Program-made: the position numbers and the translations under genes
The notes under the pieces: generated by a model
Databases searched by the model: none
Told to the model about the DNA's origin: nothing
The model's input: the letters and a program-made list of their open reading frames with translations, nothing else
Assembly (NCBI GenBank): GCA_026936335.1
Contig: JAPMXV010000038.1
Span: forward strand, 186,001-250,000
Length of the DNA: 64,000 nt
Direction: 5' to 3'
DNA from: Mantamonas sphyraenae STR306
Taxonomy: Eukaryota > Protista > CRuMs
Shown here: piece by piece, positions 58,693 through 64,000 of the stretch
Layout of the letters: each line of letters starts with the position of its first letter
Position numbering within the stretch: position 1 is the first letter of the stretch

Positions 58693-61600
58693 TCACTTCT
58701 CCTCCTTCTTCTTCTCCTCCTCACCCTCATCCTCCTCCTCCTCAACCTCTGCCTCCTCTTCGGCCTTCTTGGCTTCCTCCTTGGCCTTCTTTGCCTCCTC
58801 CTTCTTCTTCTTGGCCTCCTCCCGCGCCTTCTTCTCCTCGTCCAGCAACACATCCTCCATCCTGTTGCTTGCATCGCCCTGCTCCAACTCCTTCATCTTC
58901 TCCTCCTCCTTCTCCGCCTCCTTCCTCTCCTTCTCCTGCTCCTTCTTGGCAGCCTCCTCCTCCTTCTCGTCGTGCTCATGCTCCTCGTCATCCTCATCCT
59001 CGTCATCATCATCGTCATCATGATGACCATGACCCTTCTTCTTCTTCTTCTTGCCCTTCAAGCCGGCCTCATCCTCCTCGTCCTCCTCCTCGCGATCCAC
59101 AGCGTCCTCCTCCTCCTCCTCCTCATCCTCGTCCTCCTCCTTCTGCGTGATCTTCAGCTCGCCGAGCTCGATGCTCTTGCCCTTCTTCTCGCCCTCCTCA
59201 CCACCGTCCTCCTCCTCCTCGTCCTCCATGCCGTCGGCCGCCGTCTGCGTCAGCGCAACCATCAGGTTCGCCCACAGCTTGCCCTTGTCCTTCATGCTGG
59301 GGTTCTGCTCCAGCATCTTGTCGTACTTCTTCTTGAACTGAAGCACAACCTGCACCATTGCCATAAACACCACAAAGCAGTTCAGGAACACCAGCAGGAA
59401 GCCAAACAGCGCAATGTCCGCCGGTTCCTTGCTGATCTGCACCTTGAGCAGCAGACCCGCAAACAGTGTCATAAACAGCTGCAGCAGCGCGTTGTACTGC
59501 AGATCGTGGTTGCTCTTGGCCTCATACGGCTGGAAGCGTTCGTGCAGCAGCAGCGCAAACAGGTTCACAATCATGCCCACCACAAGCTGCGACGGCAGAC
59601 CGCGCGCCACAAACACAAGCACAGAGGCAATGATCAGCTTGCGTGTCATTTCCACAAGCTCCCAGTAGTAGCGCACAGGGCTGTAGCCGATGTACAGGAA
59701 GCCGTAGCGCTCGCGGATCTTGGGGGCGTCCAGCTGGTGCGAGTTCTTCTTCAGCAGCAGGGCAAACGCAATCGGGATGCCGATGATGTATGCAAGGATA
59801 CCCACCACGGCCAGGCCCACGTAGCCCAAATGGCGTTCGTTCCAGCACTCTTCGCGGTAGTCGAAATCCAGCAGGATCCTTCCTTCCACTTCGGAGCACT
59901 TGAACGTCTGCAGCATCTTCTGGCTGATGCCCGGGTACAGGAACAGCAGCACCACACTTGCGTTCTTGATGCACATGCTGTCCCACTCGGAGATCTCCTC
60001 GGGCGTGGAGCCCTTGGCCTTCTTTTGGCCACGAACCAAAAGCCACACAACCACCATGGTCACCAGGAACACAGGCGGCAGCGCCATGTAAAACTCCAGA
60101 CCTGCGTAGAAGGTGAGGGGCTTGCCGTTGGTGCAGTCGAACGAGCTGATGCTCACAATGTTAAAGTTGACGAAGCTCATGGCGTTGCTCAGTCGCTTGA
60201 AGCTCTCGGGCCACGCCACGTCGTACGTCTCTGTAAACTGGTTCAGCATCTGCAGGAAACCAATCAGAATCTTCACCTTGAGGATCGAGCCCTTGCCGCC
60301 CTTCTGGCGGAAGAGGAGGAACAGACCCACCAGCAGCAGGATGATCAGGGCAGCAATCGTCACCTCGGAGCTGCCTCCTTCGGGGCACTTTGTGCAACGC
60401 ACACCCTCCTTCTGGTAACCAGGCGAGCACACGGAGCACTTGGGTCCTTCGTAGCCATCCTCGGAGCACTTGGAGCCGATGGCGCCCTGCGTGCCGTCGC
60501 AGCCCACGACGCCTGCGCAATCGTAGATCGTCGTCGAGCCTGCAAAGGCACTCCAGAAGCCTGCGCGCGGCACGATGTCGTTGCCACCGCGGCAGATGGC
60601 GTTGGGCAGCTCCGTCTCGCAGCTCTTGCAGTCGCGATCTCCAGGCTTCTGCTCAAAGAACAGCGGCCTGCAGATGCACGAGGTGCGTGCGGGATCGTTG
60701 GTCTTGCTCGTCACGCACGGAGAGCACTGGCTCAGACCCTTGGCGGTGGCAATCTGGCCCTCGGGGCACGGGTTGCACTGCAGCGAGCGACGTGCGTTCT
60801 GGAAGAAACCCACCTCGCAATCCTGGCATGTGGTCTGTGCCGAACCGTTGTTGAACTTGCCCAGCTCGCATTCGGTGCATGCCGTGGCGCCGCCTGTGGC
60901 GTACGTGCCGGGCACGCAGTTGTCGCACACAGTGAGGCCCTGGAAGGCTCCAAAGGTGCCCGCCAGGCAAGGGACGCACGCGCCCTGGCTGTTGACGTAG
61001 CGGCCGGCAGCGCAGGCCACACACGTGTTCTCGTTCACGTTGGGCTTGTAGTTGCCGGCTGTGCATGTCTCGCACGTGGCGCCGGTGTACAGCGTGTCGG
61101 GCGAGCACTTGCAGCCGCCTGTGCCTGTGCGTCCATCGTCGCACGAGCCACGGCCGCCACACGTCGTGTCACGGCACGGCCTGCATTCGGCGCCGTAAAA
61201 GTTGGTGTTGCACGGCAGCGCGAGCTTGAACAGGGTGCGCGTCTTGAACGTCGACGGCGTCGTGTTGTCCACAAAGAAAAACGCTTCCTTGCGCGTCTCG
61301 CTGTAGGTCATGGGCAGGCGGCGCACACCGGTCACAGTGTCTGCGCTCGTCGTAAACTTGCGCTGGTTCTGCCACTCGCCCGTGGTCATGTTGAGCATCT
61401 GCACACGTGAGTTGCCCTTGTCCATGACCAGCAGCTGGCCGGCCATCGTCGTCACCAGGCCACTCGGGTTCACATACTCTGCCGATCCCTCACCGAAGCC
61501 ACGGTTGGCCACGGAAAGGGGCTTGAGGGTGGCGTAGTTGTCCGACGCGGTGTACATGTCCAAGCGCGTCTGCGCAAGGGAATCGTAGATGACGTACAGG

Positions 61601-63881
61601 TCCGAGTTGAGCGGGTTAAAGGCAATTGCAGAGGCGTTCAGCGGCAGGTTCAGCTGCATGGTGGCAGCGCCGGTGTTCAGGTTGTACATGTTGACCTTCT
61701 TGTGGGCACCAATCACAGCAGCCACAGGGAAACCCGTGTTGATGTTCACCACAGGTGCATCGTAGCACAGCGCGCCGATGCGGTTGGCACGTTCGTCCAG
61801 CTCAAACGAGTGGATGCCAAAGCCAGCGCAAGCCGGGATGGTGCGCTTCACAGTGCCCATCAGGTCCATCACAATGATGACGTTGTCGCGCTCGTAGTCG
61901 CTGCCGCCGTAGGGGAAGCCCACGACGTAGATGTCACCTGTGGTGCGGTGCACACGCAGGCGATCAGCCATAAACACGCTGGTCTGGGGCAGGAAGGGCT
62001 GGAAGCCGGCACCGGAGGCCAGGTAGTGGTTCTGTGGCTTGACCATCTTGACATACTGACCCGCAGGAGTCAGCTCGACAAGGGTCACGTTCTGCTTGCA
62101 GGAGAACGACGCAGGCGGGTTGGTGGTTCCACTGCTGCCAAACGGGTCCGTGGAAGCACCAGGAGAGCCGCCTGGAGAACCGCTAGGGGAGCCGGAAGGA
62201 TCGCCGCCAGGGGAGCCAGGAGAACCGCTTGCAAACGGGTCGCCCGAGGCAAACGGGTTGAAGTTGGCCGTGGGGTCCACCACGCATGCCTTGTCCAACG
62301 TCTGCATCAGCAGATTGCCCGAAGGAAGCGCAGCAATGCCGTTGGCATAGATTTCGTACGGGGCAAGGGAAGGCTGAGACGGCCAGTTGTCAAACGTGGC
62401 CAGGCCCGAGATGGTGACGGGAGCCAAGGTCATGGCTGTGTTGGCCACCTTGGAGCAATCGGTGCCGTAGAAGCCAGCGTTGCATGCGCACTGGCCCGAG
62501 ATGGCGCTGCAGGTACCACGACCGCTGCAGGGGTTTGCTGCGCCGCCGGGGCATTCGCTCTGGCAGGTCTGGCCGTAGTAACCATTGGCACAGGCGGTGG
62601 AAAAGCGCTTGAGCATGGTGAGGCCAGTGTCGGCGACATAGAGGGTGCCCTCATTGTCGGCAGTCAGTCCGCGCGGGTTGAGCAGATTGGCAAAGCCTGC
62701 ACCGAGGCCACCGATGGGTGTGCCGATGGTGGTGAAGTTGACAGAGGAGGAGTCGACGCGCTGGATGTTGGAGCGCGCGTAGTCCATGACCATGAGGTTG
62801 GAGACTCGGGAGTTCTCGACGACAAGGAGGGCGTTGACGCTTGTGGGGAAGGCGTTTGCGGGACTGATCCATGCAAAGTTGCCGTTGTCGTTCATGTTGA
62901 ACTTGAGCAAGTACGTTGTGCCCACGCGGGGAGCCTTTGTGGCGCTGCCCGAGAGGAGACGGGTGACGTCGACCACCTGCATCATGGTGAAGGTGGTGTT
63001 GGATGCCCATGAGTGAGCAAACGCCAGCAAGTCGACCTGTGCCTTTTCGCGGAAGTAGGGGAAGGGCTTCTGGCCCGTGATGGTTCCGTTGCGAGCGAGG
63101 TTGAGCCAGTCGTGGGACTGGGTGTGGTTGGAGGCAGCGGTTGCGAGGCGCAGGCCCACAAAGCCCTGAGCACCTGGCTTGGGGTCAGTGGGGCTTTTGA
63201 GGCCACCGGTGGCATCCATGTAGAGGATGTCCTTGGTGGACGGGTTGAGCTGCCACCAGTGGTAGCCTCCGAAGCGCTCGCCCGAGGTGAGGACACCGTT
63301 GGGGGAGTAGGCGATGAGGGCGTTTGTGGTGTCAAACTTGGGCATCTGGAAGCGAGTCGGCGTGGAGTCGAGGGTGGCCATGCGTGTGATGAACGGCGTG
63401 CCTCCAGAAATCTGGTCAAAGATGGATTTCTCCTGGAACACATTGAAGTAGCCCAAGTACCCGTCGGCAAAGAAGATCTCACCGTCGTTGGCCACCTGGA
63501 TGCTTGCAAAGGGCGATCCGTAGTGGGTGCCGTTGAAGAGGTTCTTCTTGTTGAAGTCCTGGCGGGAGGGGTCGTTCTTGCCGATGTAGGGAAAGTACTT
63601 TGTCTGCTTCACCGACGCGGAGCCGCATTGGTACACCACGACGCGCTGCAGGAGCGGAGTGGACTGGGACGACGGCTGGTAGGAGAAGCTGTCGGTGGCG
63701 GTCTCCTCGATGGCGTTGTTGATAGACTGGCGCTCCAGGACGTAGACGAGGTCCTGTCCGCCCGAGTCGATCTGGGCGACGTCCACAGGCGCGTAAATGG
63801 GCGTGGAGCCACTGACCTGAGGGCTTCCACCGCCATAGAAGATGAGGTCAAAGTTAAAGTCGACCTTGGGGTTTGCTTGAG
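58693..63881 (-). CDS. Large receptor-like membrane protein: NHL/beta-propeller + EGF + Cys-rich (CxxCxxG) repeats + multi-TM + charged tail; 5' exon(s) outside the window
   Basis: NPRGLTAD..GTLYVADTG and NPSGL...VMDKGNSRVQ (NHL); EGF CPG...CSGRGTC; CxxCxxG repeats; KILIGFLQ and RYGFLYIGY...YYWELVEMTRKL TM motifs. Splice acceptor at 63882/63881. Confidence 0.85.
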
Positions 63882-64000
63882 CTGTGTTGTGCAGAAGGAG
63901 GGGGGGGGGTCAGACACGAGACGTTGGAAATCCCGGAAAAAACAGAAAAACGCGGGAGAATGGATAGGTGGACAGGCGGGGCGGATGTGTGGTGTGTGGA

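Noticed and set aside
62150-62260. DPF/NPF motifs in the receptor's Gly-Ser-Pro insert as endocytic signals
   Set aside because: They lie in the predicted extracellular region.
1-64000. Alternative genetic code or stop-codon reassignment
   Set aside because: TGA and TAA end conserved genes at their expected C-termini, TAG ends two other ORFs, and no in-frame stops interrupt conserved domains.
1-64000. CRISPR arrays, transposons, tRNA or rRNA genes
   Set aside because: None recognised by eye; the repeats are simple microsatellites. tRNAscan and Infernal were not run.

Overview
GC-rich, very gene-dense nuclear DNA from a flagellated microbial eukaryote. It uses the standard genetic code and GT-AG spliceosomal introns, typically GT[A/G][C/A/T]GT donors with CTGAC/CTCAC branch points. 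About 28 protein genes were reconstructed by eye. Recognisable genes: HMG-CoA synthase (3' part), AP-4 mu, NDUFA8, a CDC123-like ligase, cathepsin H, a tandem VOC/glyoxalase, an XRN-like nuclease, MMSDH, RPL11, RPT4, two AP-2 sigma paralogs, a C5orf34 homolog, a TLC-like protein, a membrane-anchored GH20, an LSM14-like protein, NUDT5, ISCU, axonemal dynein DNAH1, PSMG2, a UBR E3 ligase, NAXD, DPM2, RPL15 and a large multi-TM receptor-like protein that runs off the window. No tRNA, rRNA, CRISPR array or transposon was recognised. Most interesting observations: (1) strand-composition (G vs C) domains that ignore gene orientation and flip inside single ORFs, suggesting fixed, closely spaced replication origins; (2) a protein with GW182-like order (GW motifs, Q-rich region, PAM2) plus an RGG tail; (3) a spherulin-4-like glycosidase-EGF-TM-coiled-coil surface protein; (4) a Cys/Sec-less SelT-like protein; (5) several probable single-base assembly frameshifts. 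All family assignments come from remembered motifs, and all skew statements are by eye, not computed.
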